Shown here: positions 28,568 through 39,255 of the stretch, piece after piece
How positions within the stretch are numbered: position 1 is the stretch's first letter
Layout of the letters: each line of letters starts with the position of its first letter
Assembly (NCBI GenBank): GCA_041750285.1
Contig: JBGSZS010000018.1
Span: 160,001 to 224,000 of the forward strand
Source: Candidatus Fermentibacteraceae bacterium
Lineage (GTDB): Bacteria > Fermentibacterota > Fermentibacteria > Fermentibacterales > JCC-6
Length of the DNA: 64,000 nucleotides
Direction: 5' to 3'
The notes under the pieces: generated by a model
Databases searched by the model: none
What the model saw: only the letters and a program-made list of their open reading frames with translations
Told to the model about the DNA's origin: nothing
Program-made: the position numbers and the translations under genes

Positions 28568-29853
28568 AGCACCCCTCCCTCCGGCGTCACCAGGAAAACG
28601 GCCCTTGGGGCCCCGGCGACATACCTTTCGACAAAATCCATGACCCGGGCATGCCCGGCAGTCTCAATGCTGTCCTCGTAGGTCTGATAGTACTCGAGAC
28701 CGTTGCCCTGCACCCACCAGAAGGGGAGGGATTCGATTGCAAGGTCACGGGAGGATTCCCGGGACAGCCGTCTGTCCCTTCTCAGAAGTTCCCGGGCCAT
28801 GGCAAGCCCCTCCTCGTCGAAGTACCCCGGGGCCGTCATGGCCTCGATCTCTTCGCAAAGCAGCTCCAGTCCCTCCTCGAGTCTCTCGGGGGCTATCGTG
28901 CCTCCGAAGGTCACCGCGGGGGAGAACCGCTGGGTGTAATAGCTGCCGTACACCTGTGAGAAGGGGCCGTCGGTGACAAGGTTGCGCTGGAACCTTCTGC
29001 TTTCGAGGCTGAGGTAGCTTCCCCAGACATCGCCGGCGTAGGTCGCCGACCTGTCCCCTGCGATGGTCGGCCCCACCATCATTATCCTGACCTGTCCAAC
29101 TCCCTCGGGACCCCGAACCCGCACCGTGGTGTCGCTGTCAATCCTTATGGCGATGCCCAGCGAGTCGAAGTCGCTCATGCCACCGGTTCCCCACGAACCG
29201 AACACCCGGGCGGCTTCGCTCATGGCCGTTTCCTCATCGATGTCTCCCAGGATGAACAACGCCGCATTGTCTGCCGTGTAGTACTTCTCCTGGAACATCC
29301 GCATCACTTCCGGAGAGGCGGACCGGATCACTTCGAGGTCACCGATCGTGTTGCCCCGCCAGGGTTCGGGATAGACCGTGTTCTCCACCGCCTTCCAGTA
29401 ATCCCACCACGGGGATGAGGCATTTCTCAGGTACTCGTCGGTTATCACGGCGCGTTCGCGTTCCATCTCCCCCTGGTCGAAAAGGGGGGTCACCATTGCA
29501 TCCCTCATGAACACCATGCCCTCCCGGAAAAGGGCGGACTCCAGGGTGATATAGTAGCGGACCACCTCATCCGAGGTGGTGCCGTTCCTGACGATCCCGA
29601 GCGCTCTCAGCCTGTCGTTGTACGCGGTCTGGTCTGGAAGGGCGGAATTGCCCTTGAAGAACATGTGTTCGTAGAAGTGCGCCAGACCGTTCGTCATCCC
29701 TGTTTCACAGGTCGCGCCGGTCTTGACCGTCACGCAGATGGTCACCACCGGCGCGGTACCGTCCCGGGCGGTGTAAACCTGAAGGCCGTTGGGCAGGGTA
29801 ACCGAACTGAGATCCATGCCCATGATGCCGAGAGCAAGAAGTGCCGCGTTCAA
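28564..29853 (-). CDS. M16 (insulinase) family zinc peptidase, catalytic subunit
   Basis: TLPNGLQV, GLAHFYEHMFFKG (HxxEH), ERAVITDE. Confidence 0.93.
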   Translation of the reverse strand: MNAALLALGIMGMDLSSVTLPNGLQVYTARDGTAPVVTICVTVKTGATCETGMTNGLAHFYEHMFFKGNSALPDQTAYNDRLRALGIVRNGTTSDEVVRYYITLESALFREGMVFMRDAMVTPLFDQGEMERERAVITDEYLRNASSPWWDYWKAVENTVYPEPWRGNTIGDLEVIRSASPEVMRMFQEKYYTADNAALFILGDIDEETAMSEAARVFGSWGTGGMSDFDSLGIAIRIDSDTTVRVRGPEGVGQVRIMMVGPTIAGDRSATYAGDVWGSYLSLESRRFQRNLVTDGPFSQVYGSYYTQRFSPAVTFGGTIAPERLEEGLELLCEEIEAMTAPGYFDEEGLAMARELLRRDRRLSRESSRDLAIESLPFWWVQGNGLEYYQTYEDSIETAGHARVMDFVERYVAGAPRAVFLVTPEGGVL

Positions 29854-29965
29854 GATCGGATTCTCCCTTCGCTTTTTGCTTCAGGTGATATACAAACACA
29901 CCGGTGTGGTTCCCACCTGGGAATCGATCACCGATGCGGGTATGTTTTCCCCGAGGGAGGCAAAA

Positions 29966-31114
29966 ATGGATTGGCGCATCGAACGGGGCAGGCTCGTGTG
30001 TCCGCCCCTGGTCCAGGGTCATGTTCATCTCTGCCAGACCCTTTTCCGGGGCATGGCCGAGTCCAGGCGGCTTATGTCCTGGCTCACCGGGCGCATCTGG
30101 CCGCTCGAGGCCTCCCACACTCCCGACACCATGGCAGTCTCTGTGATCCTGGGGTTGAGGGAGCTCTTCTCGTCGGGCTGCTGCGGTCTTCTGGACATGG
30201 GTTCGGTGGAACACTCGTCCGTCACTGCGCGAATCCTCCGCGAGAGCGGTGCCAGGGCACTGCTGGGCAACGCCCTCATGGACATGGGACCCTCGTTCAT
30301 TGCCAAACCCCTGCCATGGCTGCAGGACGAATCGGAACGCATCAGGAAAATGTGCGGAGACCGGTTGGGATACGCCTTCACTCCGCGGTTCGTCCTGTCA
30401 TGTTCATGCGAGCTTTGGGGCTGGCTGGCCGGGGAGGACGCATCCATCCACCGCTCGACCCACAGCTCCGAGGCGGCGGGCGAAATGAGTGACCCATCCA
30501 TACGGGCTGCCGGCGGAAACGTCCATCTGCTTGGGGAACTTGGTTTTCTGGGAAGCCGTACTGTCCTTGCACACTGCGTTCACCTCAGGAAGGGTGAACT
30601 TGAAACACTTGCCCGGACCGGTACTGCCGTGGCCCACTGCCCATGGGCGAACCTGAGGCTGGGAAGCGGGATAGCCGACGTTCCGGGAATGCTCGGGCTG
30701 GGGATCAGGGTTGTTGTCGGAAGCGACGGAGGGGCCTGCAACAACGGCCTCGACGTCTCGTCGGACCTGCGGCTGGCCATGGGGCTTGCGTCGGTCAGGG
30801 GCGGTCCGGAAAGGGTGTCCGGTGAGAGCTGGTTCTCCATGGCATCGCGGGAGTCGGCGGGGTTCTTCGGTTTTCCGATGGAGGAGGATTCAGCGGAACT
30901 GCTCGTCTCACAGCAGGAGACCGACGAACTGTGCTCCTGCGAGGACCCGTGGCGGTACATACTGGAACTGCCGTGGCGGGAACGGGTCACGAAACTCACC
31001 TGCGGCGGCAAGGTGCTTTTCGAAGACGGCGTCTTTCCAACCCTTCCCCCGCTTCCCATCTCCACGGGCGAAGCCCGTTCGAGGGTCCTCGACGGGATGA
31101 ACAGACTGGCATGA
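29966..31114 (+). CDS. Amidohydrolase family protein (MTA/SAH-deaminase-like)
   Basis: GHVHLCQTLFRG, STHSSE, LAHCVH, HCPWANLRLGSG, GSDGGACNN. ATG at 29966 after GGAGG. Confidence 0.88.
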   Translation: MDWRIERGRLVCPPLVQGHVHLCQTLFRGMAESRRLMSWLTGRIWPLEASHTPDTMAVSVILGLRELFSSGCCGLLDMGSVEHSSVTARILRESGARALLGNALMDMGPSFIAKPLPWLQDESERIRKMCGDRLGYAFTPRFVLSCSCELWGWLAGEDASIHRSTHSSEAAGEMSDPSIRAAGGNVHLLGELGFLGSRTVLAHCVHLRKGELETLARTGTAVAHCPWANLRLGSGIADVPGMLGLGIRVVVGSDGGACNNGLDVSSDLRLAMGLASVRGGPERVSGESWFSMASRESAGFFGFPMEEDSAELLVSQQETDELCSCEDPWRYILELPWRERVTKLTCGGKVLFEDGVFPTLPPLPISTGEARSRVLDGMNRLA

Positions 31115-33489
31115 CAGCATCCCGAACAGTGGAAGTAGCCGTTCCAAGGCCGGTCTGGGGAACCTTCACCTATTCGGTCCCCCCCGAACTCGACGGTGGA
31201 ACACTGACGGGATGCCGGGTTGCGGTGGAGTTCGGCGGAGCCCGGGTGGTGGGAATGGTGTGGTCCGAGGGCTCCGCTCCCCGGGACAAAAGGGACTTGA
31301 AGCCCCTGCTCGAGCGGCTCGATCCCCACGCCCTGCCCCCCTCATGGGTGCTTCGGCTTCTGCGGTGGATGGCGGAATACTACTTCGCTCCGCCGGGATT
31401 GTGCGCTGCGTGCGGCTTTCCTCCCGGAATGCAGGGAGCCGCCGTCCGGGTGCTTGATGTGGCTAAGGGAGCCGGGCTCATGGAGTTATGCCGGAAACCC
31501 GGCATCCACCCGTACGATTCCCTGAAGGCTTCGGCCCCGCCAGGCTTTCCTTTCGAAGCCACCCTTTACGCGGATGCCGCCAGGGGACTGGCGCTGCTTC
31601 TCCATCGTCCGGGATCCCTGCCCCCGCAGAAGTTCGAGACGGTGGTTGAAGCAGTGCTGACACCGGGGGAACTTGTCTCTGCAGCCCAGGCCATAAGGGG
31701 CAGGGCACCGAAACAGGCGGATATCCTGGTGAGGGTCGCTTCAGCCATGGAGCCCGTTTCACGGTCCTGGCTACTCATGGAGTGCGGAGCCTCGCGGGAA
31801 TCCCTGAACAGGCTGGTGCTGCAGGGGCTTCTGCTGGAACGGAAGCGCGAGGTCTCCCGCGATCCCCTTCTCGGGCTGCCAACCGAGACCCATTCCGCCC
31901 CGGCGCTCACTCCCGACCAGCGGGCCGCGGTTGATACGGTCACGTCGGCGGGCAGGGGAACATTCCTTCTCCACGGCATAACGGGAAGCGGAAAGACCGA
32001 GGTCTACCTCCGCGTGATACAAAGGGTACTGGCAGAGGGACGTCAGGCGCTTGTACTGGTTCCCGAGATCAGCCTCACTCCGCAGCTTGTGAACAGGTTC
32101 AACTCCAGGTTCCCGGGAAAGGTCGCGATCCTTCACAGCGGACTGTCCCGGGGTGAGCGTCTGGACGCATGGAACATGGTCCGCCGGGGCCTGCGTCCGA
32201 TAGTCATCGGGGCGCGAAGCGCCCTTTTCGCGCCACTTCCGGCGCCCGGGGTGATAGTGGTGGACGAGGAGCACGACGGAAGCTACAAACAGGGGGAGCT
32301 TCCCTTCTACAACGCCCGGGACATGGCGGTGCTACTAGGCTCGATGCTCTCCGTGCCTGTCATTCTGGGTTCGGCATCCCCCTCGATGGAGAGTTTTCAG
32401 AACGCCTCCACCGGCAGGTACACGCTGCTCTCCCTGCCGGACAGGGTCGGAGGGGCGGCGCTTCCCGTGATCAGGCTCGTGGATACGCGGGACATGGAAA
32501 ACAGGCTTGTGACCGACACGCTTCTCTCCGCCATAGGAAAGCACACAAGCCGGGGTGGACAGGTGATCCTGCTAGTGAACCGTCGAGGCCATTCCCCCAT
32601 TCAGATGTGCTTCCACTGCGGTCATACCGAAAAATGCCCCCATTGCGGCATAGCAATGACCTACCACAAGCGGGGCGAGTTGCTCAAGTGTCATCACTGC
32701 TCGAACTGGAAAGCGGCGGGGGGGGCCTGCCCCGAATGCGGGTCAGGGAGGTTCGTCAGAACGGGTCCCGGCATACAGAAGGTGGAGGAGGTCCTGGCGA
32801 AGCAGCTCCCCGGAACCAGGGTGCTTCGGATGGACACTGACACGACACGGGGAAAGTCCTCCCACAGAAGGATACTCGACAGGTTCAGACATGGCGGGGC
32901 CGACGTTCTCCTGGGCACCCAGATGGTTGCGAAGGGGCACGACTTTCCCAACGTGACCCTGGTGGGGGTGGTCAATGCGGAGATGGGGCTGTCCCTGCCC
33001 GATTTCCGAAGCGCCGAAAGGGTGTTCTCCCTTCTTCTGCAGGCGGCGGGAAGGGCTGGCAGGGGGAACTCTCCCGGCGAGGTCCTCATTCAGACGGGAT
33101 GTCCGGACGAGCCCGCCATAAGTTCGGCATGCATCCATGACTATTCAGGCTTTGCAAAGGGAGAGCTTCTGGTCAGGAAAGCGCTTGCCCTTCCGCCCTT
33201 CACCCGCATGCTGAGGCTTCTGCTTTCGGGTCCGGACGGCACAAAGGTCGAAACTGCAGCGTTGCGGGTCGGTGAGGCCGTGATGTCATCGGGCGGGGTG
33301 GAGGTGCGGGGACCATGTCCCGCGGCCCTTCCCCGCATCGGAGACCGGTTCCGGTGGAGCATTCTGATCACTGCAACCGGCCACAGGGCCGTTGCCGCTG
33401 CCGTGAAGCACGCCGGGGATGCATTTTCGACGGAAAGCCACGGGGGCGTGCGGATGACAGTTGATGTGGACCCTCAGGACATGCTCTAA
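31111..33489 (+). CDS. priA: Primosomal protein N'
   Basis: GITGSGKTEVY, VPEISLTPQ, DEEHD, Cys-rich zinc motifs, GTQMVAKGHDFPNV, C-terminal DVDP. Confidence 0.97.
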   Translation: MTASRTVEVAVPRPVWGTFTYSVPPELDGGTLTGCRVAVEFGGARVVGMVWSEGSAPRDKRDLKPLLERLDPHALPPSWVLRLLRWMAEYYFAPPGLCAACGFPPGMQGAAVRVLDVAKGAGLMELCRKPGIHPYDSLKASAPPGFPFEATLYADAARGLALLLHRPGSLPPQKFETVVEAVLTPGELVSAAQAIRGRAPKQADILVRVASAMEPVSRSWLLMECGASRESLNRLVLQGLLLERKREVSRDPLLGLPTETHSAPALTPDQRAAVDTVTSAGRGTFLLHGITGSGKTEVYLRVIQRVLAEGRQALVLVPEISLTPQLVNRFNSRFPGKVAILHSGLSRGERLDAWNMVRRGLRPIVIGARSALFAPLPAPGVIVVDEEHDGSYKQGELPFYNARDMAVLLGSMLSVPVILGSASPSMESFQNASTGRYTLLSLPDRVGGAALPVIRLVDTRDMENRLVTDTLLSAIGKHTSRGGQVILLVNRRGHSPIQMCFHCGHTEKCPHCGIAMTYHKRGELLKCHHCSNWKAAGGACPECGSGRFVRTGPGIQKVEEVLAKQLPGTRVLRMDTDTTRGKSSHRRILDRFRHGGADVLLGTQMVAKGHDFPNVTLVGVVNAEMGLSLPDFRSAERVFSLLLQAAGRAGRGNSPGEVLIQTGCPDEPAISSACIHDYSGFAKGELLVRKALALPPFTRMLRLLLSGPDGTKVETAALRVGEAVMSSGGVEVRGPCPAALPRIGDRFRWSILITATGHRAVAAAVKHAGDAFSTESHGGVRMTVDVDPQDML

Positions 33490-34244
33490 TCGGGCTCGAA
33501 ACCGGAGAACAGGTTGTCCGATCCTCCCGTGCCGAGTGCTGAGACGAATCCGCAGATCTCGCCGAAGAGTTCAGCGTTACCCGGCCTGAGGGAACCCATG
33601 GCATCCTTCAGCATGGTCTCGGCCTCATGCTTCCCGTCATTCGAGGGGGCGAGTTGAAGCATGGCGGCGGCTTTTCCCGTCTCCATGCCCGCAAGCGCGG
33701 CGGTTTCTGCCGAATGGGACGGCGCACCCGACGCAACCGCGCCCATCCTGGCCGCAAGACCGGCAAGCCTTCCCGCCCATCGTCCAGTCATGTCGGCATG
33801 CCTGCCGAAGCTCATTGCATCCAGCATCTCCGAAGCGCTCTTGAGGAGAAGGTCGGCAAGGACAAGGGAACCAGGGGCATCGAGCCTGCAGATGACCTTC
33901 ACGGCCAGCGGAAGAAGGGCATCGCCGGCAAGGATCCGGCCTGCCTCGGGTGGCCCTCCCGCGTCGTAGTCTTCCAGCCACGGCAAGCTTACCCCTACCG
34001 CAGGCACCCCGTGCGATGCCGTTGCCCCCGCCAGAAGGAGCACAGCTGCCGAGACAGGCAGCCCCTTCCCCGCTGGAGCGCCGCACCACTGTGCCGAAGC
34101 GCAGGACAGCAGGGAAAGATGCCAGAGCTGGCGGAAGGGGACGGCTTCGATCAGCCTGTTCTCCCAGACCGGCGGAAGACCACGGGTCTCTTCACTCACG
34201 GCTTCTGCTATCAGTGCTGACAGCCTTTCCTTAAGCGCCCTCAC
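33486..34244 (-). CDS. Degenerate trans-isoprenyl diphosphate synthase-like protein lacking the Asp-rich motifs
   Basis: ILAGDALL, and GRLAGLAARMGAVASGA resembling the IspA KTGxL..A.xMGA segment. No DDxxD. Confidence 0.55.
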   Translation of the reverse strand: MRALKERLSALIAEAVSEETRGLPPVWENRLIEAVPFRQLWHLSLLSCASAQWCGAPAGKGLPVSAAVLLLAGATASHGVPAVGVSLPWLEDYDAGGPPEAGRILAGDALLPLAVKVICRLDAPGSLVLADLLLKSASEMLDAMSFGRHADMTGRWAGRLAGLAARMGAVASGAPSHSAETAALAGMETGKAAAMLQLAPSNDGKHEAETMLKDAMGSLRPGNAELFGEICGFVSALGTGGSDNLFSGFEPD

Positions 34245-35046
34245 GCTCGCCCTTCCTTCCGCTCTGGTTCGGGTAGAAGGAGTTGTAGAGCCGCCTTTTC
34301 AGACCCCTGTCGCTGAGAGACGGTGAAAGCACGCCCTTGGTGGCAAGCCTGCATGCGCCGGTCTCCTCGCTTACGAGAACGGCTATGGCGTCGGTCCGCT
34401 CACTTATCCCGAGACCGGCGCGGTGCCTGCCGCCAAAACCCTCAAGACCCACGTGCATGGGCAGGAAAGCGTGCGCCATGACGATCCTTTTGTCTCGTAT
34501 GACCACTGCGCCGTCGTGAAGGGGGCCGGGGGAGGTCAGTATAGCCTCGACGAGTATGGGAACGAACTCGATCCCGGGAAGAGGGTGGTAGTCGCTGCAG
34601 AACCGGGTCAGGTCCTCGTCCCTCTCTATGACGATCAGCGCGCCCATTCGCTTTCGGCTCAACGTGGCGCACGTTATGACGAGGTTCTCGATGAAGACGT
34701 CCTGTATCTGACCCGGCTTGCTCCTGTTCAGGAACTCCATCTCCTGAAGCCAGCGGCCAAGCCTGCTGAGAAGGTCTTTGATCTCTTCGTGGAAGATCAC
34801 TATCAGTGCCACCGGAAGTATCTTGGCAGCCTCCTCGAGGATCCTGCCCATGGCATGGAAGCGTATCTGCTGAAGTACGATCGCCAGTATCACGAAGCCG
34901 GCAACCGCTATCACCACCCTCATGGCGGGCTGGTTCCAGATGGATCTCAGAAGGAACCAGACAATCACCGAAAGGAAGAACACATCCAGCAGCTGAGTGA
35001 GCCAGAAGAAGCTCAGGATGGGGTGTCCAAGAAGGTTGAAACTCAC
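34231..35046 (-). CDS. cdaA: Diadenylate cyclase (membrane-bound DisA_N/DAC domain)
   Basis: Three N-terminal TM segments; GALIVIER, PLHDGAVVI, GRHRAGLGISERTDA, VSEETG. GTG start at 35046 overlaps the folP stop. Confidence 0.93.
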   Translation of the reverse strand: MSFNLLGHPILSFFWLTQLLDVFFLSVIVWFLLRSIWNQPAMRVVIAVAGFVILAIVLQQIRFHAMGRILEEAAKILPVALIVIFHEEIKDLLSRLGRWLQEMEFLNRSKPGQIQDVFIENLVITCATLSRKRMGALIVIERDEDLTRFCSDYHPLPGIEFVPILVEAILTSPGPLHDGAVVIRDKRIVMAHAFLPMHVGLEGFGGRHRAGLGISERTDAIAVLVSEETGACRLATKGVLSPSLSDRGLKRRLYNSFYPNQSGRKGEREGA

Positions 35047-36239
35047 GGATCCATCCCCTCGAGTGCTGCAGACACGGCATCCGAGCACTGCTTGACGTTG
35101 TGTACCCGCAGGATGTCCACCCTGTCGGCGGAAAGCGCCGAGACGAGAGCTGAGACGGCATCGCGCCGGGCAGGTTCGGTCTCGCCGCTCAACAGACCCA
35201 GGAAGCTCTTGCGGGAGTGGCCAAGGACCACCCGGCAACCGGTGACCCTCCTGAGCCATGGAGCCGAGTTGATGAGCCCGAGGTTGTCCCAGGGGCGTTT
35301 GCCGAAGCCAATTCCTGGATCCACCATTATCCTGCCCCGTTCGACCCCGGCTTCGACCAGAGCGTTCACCCTGTTCAGAAGGTAGAGGGCGACCTCGGAC
35401 GGAGCGTGGGAGTACCGGGGATCCTGCTGCATTGTTTCGGGAACGCCCCTCATGTGCATCAGGATCACTCCCGCTCCCGTTTCCGCGGCGAGCTCGGCCA
35501 TTCCGGGGGTTTCCATGCCATTGATGGAGTTGATGATACGCGCCCCGGCGGCGATCGCGGCCCTGGCAACGCCGGTATCGACCGTGTCGACGCTGATGGG
35601 AACGTCCGATGCCCGGCTGATGCCTCTGATGACCGGAAGGACCCTTTCGAGCTGCTCATCCCGTGATGCGGGAAGGGCACCGGGTCTTGTGGATTCTCCT
35701 CCCACATCGATTATCGACGCACCCTGGTCATGCATTTCAAGAGCGTGTTCGACTGCTTTGGCGGGGTCCCGCCACTTTCCGCCGTCACTGAATGAATCGG
35801 GCGTGCAGTTCAATACTCCCATGAAAAGAGGCCGTGAACCGAACGCCAGTGTTCTGTCGCCGAGGACCAGCGTATCGGGGGCGTCGGGAACCTGAAGGAA
35901 ACAGAGGATCTCGTCGGCGATCGGGTCCAGACCGAAGGGCTGTCCCCTCAGGGAATCACACCCGGCCCTGATGTTCTTCGGGGAACCGTAGACCAGCACA
36001 GCGCTCTCCGCGACGCCACAGGTCAGAACGAGCCTGTGGACGAGGGCATCGGCACCGGCGGCCAGCATTGCCTGTTTGAGGATCGAGGCGGCGGGAGACC
36101 GGACCGGTCCGGTCAGAAGCGCCACGACGTCGGATCTTTCCCTTACGCGAAGCCACGCCTCGGGGTCGCAGCCCAGTCCTTCCATCGCCTTCCGCCAGTG
36201 CCCGGGGTTTTCAAGAAGAACGGGGCGGACCTGTTGCAT
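35043..36239 (-). CDS. folP: Dihydropteroate synthase with N-terminal extension
   Basis: MGVLNCTPDSFSDGG, DVGGESTRPG, DPGIGFGK, GHSRKS, LRVHNV. Confidence 0.95.
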   Translation of the reverse strand: MQQVRPVLLENPGHWRKAMEGLGCDPEAWLRVRERSDVVALLTGPVRSPAASILKQAMLAAGADALVHRLVLTCGVAESAVLVYGSPKNIRAGCDSLRGQPFGLDPIADEILCFLQVPDAPDTLVLGDRTLAFGSRPLFMGVLNCTPDSFSDGGKWRDPAKAVEHALEMHDQGASIIDVGGESTRPGALPASRDEQLERVLPVIRGISRASDVPISVDTVDTGVARAAIAAGARIINSINGMETPGMAELAAETGAGVILMHMRGVPETMQQDPRYSHAPSEVALYLLNRVNALVEAGVERGRIMVDPGIGFGKRPWDNLGLINSAPWLRRVTGCRVVLGHSRKSFLGLLSGETEPARRDAVSALVSALSADRVDILRVHNVKQCSDAVSAALEGMDP

Positions 36240-36820
36240 CACGTTCCCCGTGTTCTCCTGCCGATGAGGGACAGTGCTTCGCTCCTGGTCTCCGGTCTGC
36301 GAAGATGACCCCGCATGGCGCTTGTTACTATCCGGGAATCCCGCTTCTTGACCCCCCTCATGGCAAGGCACATGTGCTCGGCTTCCATGACCACCATGAC
36401 CCCCTTGGCGCCTATTTCGGTCATCAGGGTGTCGGCTATCTCAGTGGTGAGCCTCTCCTGGATGGTGGGTCTTGCAGAAAGGGTTTCCACGAGTTGAACG
36501 ATCGAACCGAGGCCCGCGATCCTGTCGTCCGCCGGAATGTATACGACGTCGCAGCGGCCCAGAAAAGGAAGGAGATGGTGCTCGCACAGGGAGGCAAAGC
36601 TTATGTCCTTCACTATTATCATCTCGTTCTGGTCAGCGACGCACATTGTGGAAATGGGTTTTCTGGCCCCTCCCACAAGCCCCCGGCAAAGCTCGGTCAT
36701 GGACTGGGCAACCCTGGCCGGTGTGTCTTTCAGACCGGGCCGGTCAGGGTCCTCACCTATGCCCTCGAGCAGGAGGCGGACGCCTTCAGCTATCTTCTTC
36801 GGATCCTGCATCGCCTGCAT
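36239..36820 (-). CDS. folE: GTP cyclohydrolase I
   Basis: [41 protein letters not shown]. Start at 36820 or 36811, overlapping the ftsH 3' end. Confidence 0.92.
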   Translation of the reverse strand: MQAMQDPKKIAEGVRLLLEGIGEDPDRPGLKDTPARVAQSMTELCRGLVGGARKPISTMCVADQNEMIIVKDISFASLCEHHLLPFLGRCDVVYIPADDRIAGLGSIVQLVETLSARPTIQERLTTEIADTLMTEIGAKGVMVVMEAEHMCLAMRGVKKRDSRIVTSAMRGHLRRPETRSEALSLIGRRTRGT

Positions 36821-38735
36821 CGCCTTCCGGTTCCTTCGGTTCAAGGTCCAGCCCGGGGTACACCATTCCCGGCCTGAGTTCGGCAAAAAGCACACCGATC
36901 TCCTCCGCACCCAGGGTTTCCTTCTCGAGGAGCAGCACGGTCAACCTTTCCACGATGTCGCGGTTTTCTTCGAGGATCTTCTCGGCCTTCAGGTACGCTT
37001 CGTCAAGGAGTCTTTTGACCTCCGCGTCGACCAGGCGCGCCGTGTCCTCACTGAAGTCCTTGATCCGGGTCATGTCCCTTCCCAGAAAGATGGGGCCGGT
37101 CTGCTCATGAAGGACGACGGGACCCAGAACAGGGCTCATGCCCCATTCGCAAACCATCCTTCTGGCAAGGTCGGTTGCCTGCATCAGGTCGTTCCCGGCG
37201 CCGGTGCTCCTTGTGTTCAGGAAGATGCTTTCCGCAGCCCTGCCGCCCATGGCCCTTGCAAGCATGCTGAGCAGGAACTCGAAGGAATAGTTGTGCCTGT
37301 CGTCGCGGGGAAGGAAACTGGTCAGACCCAGCGCCCTGTCACGGGGGACTATGGTGACCTTGTGGACGGGGTCCGAGTGTGGGACGAAGATGTTGACGAT
37401 GGCGTGGCCGCTTTCGTGGTAAGCGGTCAGCTCCTTTTCCTCGGCGTTCATGACAAGTGTGTGCCGTTCGACACCCATCAGGATCCGGTCTGCCGCGTAT
37501 TCAAAGTCGGCCTGGTGGATGGTCTTGACGCCACGCCTGGCCGCCTTGAGGGCGGCTTCGTTGGCAAGGCTCTCGAGGTCGGCCCCGCTGAACCCTGGTG
37601 TCCTGCGGGCTATCTTCTCGAGTTCCACGTCCTTGTCCAGGGGCTTCTTCGCGGTGTGCACCCCAAGGATCGCGGTGCGGCCCTTTATATCAGGAAGGTT
37701 CACCACGACCCGGCGGTCGAACCTGCCGGGTCTGAGAAGCGCGGGGTCGAGTACGTCGGGCCGGTTCGTTGCCGCCATGACGATGACGGCCTGGTTGGAC
37801 TCGAAACCGTCCATTTCCACGAGCAGTGCGTTGAGGGTCTGCTCGCGTTCGTCATGCCCGCCCCCGAGCCCGGACCCCCTGTGCCTTCCCACCGCATCGA
37901 TCTCATCGATGAAGATGATGGCGGGAGACTTCGCCTTGGCCTGCACGAAGAGGTCGCGAACCCTGCTGGCGCCGACGCCGACGAACATCTCCACGAAATC
38001 GCTTCCGCTCAGTGAGAAGAACGGGACCTTCGCCTCACCTGCAACAGCCCTGGCCAGAAGCGTTTTACCCGTGCCGGGGGAACCCATCAGGATCACTCCC
38101 CTTGGCACCTTTCCGCCCAGCCTCTGGAACTTCGCGGGTTCCCTGAGGAACTCGACTATCTCCTCCAGTTCGAGTTTGGCCTCGTCGCAACCCGCCACAT
38201 CCTCGAATGTGGTCTTGGGCCGGTCGGCGCCCACTGCCCTGGCGCGGCTCTTTCCGAAGCTGAAGACCTTGCCGCCTCCCATGGCGTTCCGCATGATGAA
38301 AAGCCAGAACACGAGCAGCAGCAGCATGGGACCAAGGTTGAAGAGGAACGTGAAGAAATCGACCTTGGGCGGCTTCCCCTCCACCATCACCCCGCTTCCG
38401 GTCAGGGCCGCGATGGCGGCCTGGTCCTCGAAGGGGATGAAACTCTTGAATTTCAGGTATTCCACGCCTTCGACGGTCTGCGGTGAGCGGAATTCGCCTT
38501 CGACCAGGCCTCCGGTGTAGAGGATGGCTGATCTGACGCTTCCCCTTTCGGAAAAGTTCATGAGCTGCGAATAGGTGATGTCCGCCGTATCGCTGCCGCG
38601 ATTCATCACGAATACGAGGGCGTACGCCATCAGACCAAGCAGCAGCCAGAGTGTCAGGGTTTTCAGGGAGCATCCCGCAATGGGCGGCGGCTGGTTGTCG
38701 TCCGGTTTCTTTCCGTTCCCTCGGTTTATATCCAT
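36786..38735 (-). CDS. ftsH: ATP-dependent zinc metalloprotease FtsH
   Basis: Two TM segments; [37 protein letters not shown]. Start MDINRG at 38735. Confidence 0.98.
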   Translation of the reverse strand: MDINRGNGKKPDDNQPPPIAGCSLKTLTLWLLLGLMAYALVFVMNRGSDTADITYSQLMNFSERGSVRSAILYTGGLVEGEFRSPQTVEGVEYLKFKSFIPFEDQAAIAALTGSGVMVEGKPPKVDFFTFLFNLGPMLLLLVFWLFIMRNAMGGGKVFSFGKSRARAVGADRPKTTFEDVAGCDEAKLELEEIVEFLREPAKFQRLGGKVPRGVILMGSPGTGKTLLARAVAGEAKVPFFSLSGSDFVEMFVGVGASRVRDLFVQAKAKSPAIIFIDEIDAVGRHRGSGLGGGHDEREQTLNALLVEMDGFESNQAVIVMAATNRPDVLDPALLRPGRFDRRVVVNLPDIKGRTAILGVHTAKKPLDKDVELEKIARRTPGFSGADLESLANEAALKAARRGVKTIHQADFEYAADRILMGVERHTLVMNAEEKELTAYHESGHAIVNIFVPHSDPVHKVTIVPRDRALGLTSFLPRDDRHNYSFEFLLSMLARAMGGRAAESIFLNTRSTGAGNDLMQATDLARRMVCEWGMSPVLGPVVLHEQTGPIFLGRDMTRIKDFSEDTARLVDAEVKRLLDEAYLKAEKILEENRDIVERLTVLLLEKETLGAEEIGVLFAELRPGMVYPGLDLEPKEPEGDAGDAGSEEDS

Positions 38736-38745
38736 CAGGGACCTT

Positions 38746-39255
38746 TCATTGAAGAACAGCCACGTATGGCAGATTTCGGTACAGCCCACCCGGGCCGTCC
38801 AGGCCGTAGCCCACTACAAAACGGTCAGGGATCTCAAAGAGAGCCCTGAAAAGCTCGACCGTCACCCGCCTCCTTGATGGTTTGTCGAGAAGCGCAACCG
38901 TACGAAGGTTGGCAGGTGATCTTGACATGATCAATTTTTGAATATACGCCAGCGTAAGGCCTGTGTCTACGATATCCTCGACGAGCAGAACCTGTTTCCC
39001 GGCCAGGGGAATGGTTGTGTCATGGGTCACCCTGACCTCCCCCGAAGAAACGGTGCTGGCCCCGTAACTGGCGGCGCCGATGAAATCGACGGTGACACTG
39101 CATGTCATCGCTCTCACCAGATCGGCGGCAAACACGAAGGATCCCTTCAGCACCGGAAGGACAACCACCTCACTGTCATGGTACATGAGGCTCAGATCAG
39201 AGCCCAGCTGTGCCGTGCGCGTCCTTATCTCTTCGGCGGTTATGAGGGTGTTCAA
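38746..39255 (-). CDS. hpt: Hypoxanthine phosphoribosyltransferase
   Basis: [29 protein letters not shown]. Located between tilS and ftsH. Confidence 0.96.
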   Translation of the reverse strand: MNTLITAEEIRTRTAQLGSDLSLMYHDSEVVVLPVLKGSFVFAADLVRAMTCSVTVDFIGAASYGASTVSSGEVRVTHDTTIPLAGKQVLLVEDIVDTGLTLAYIQKLIMSRSPANLRTVALLDKPSRRRVTVELFRALFEIPDRFVVGYGLDGPGGLYRNLPYVAVLQ

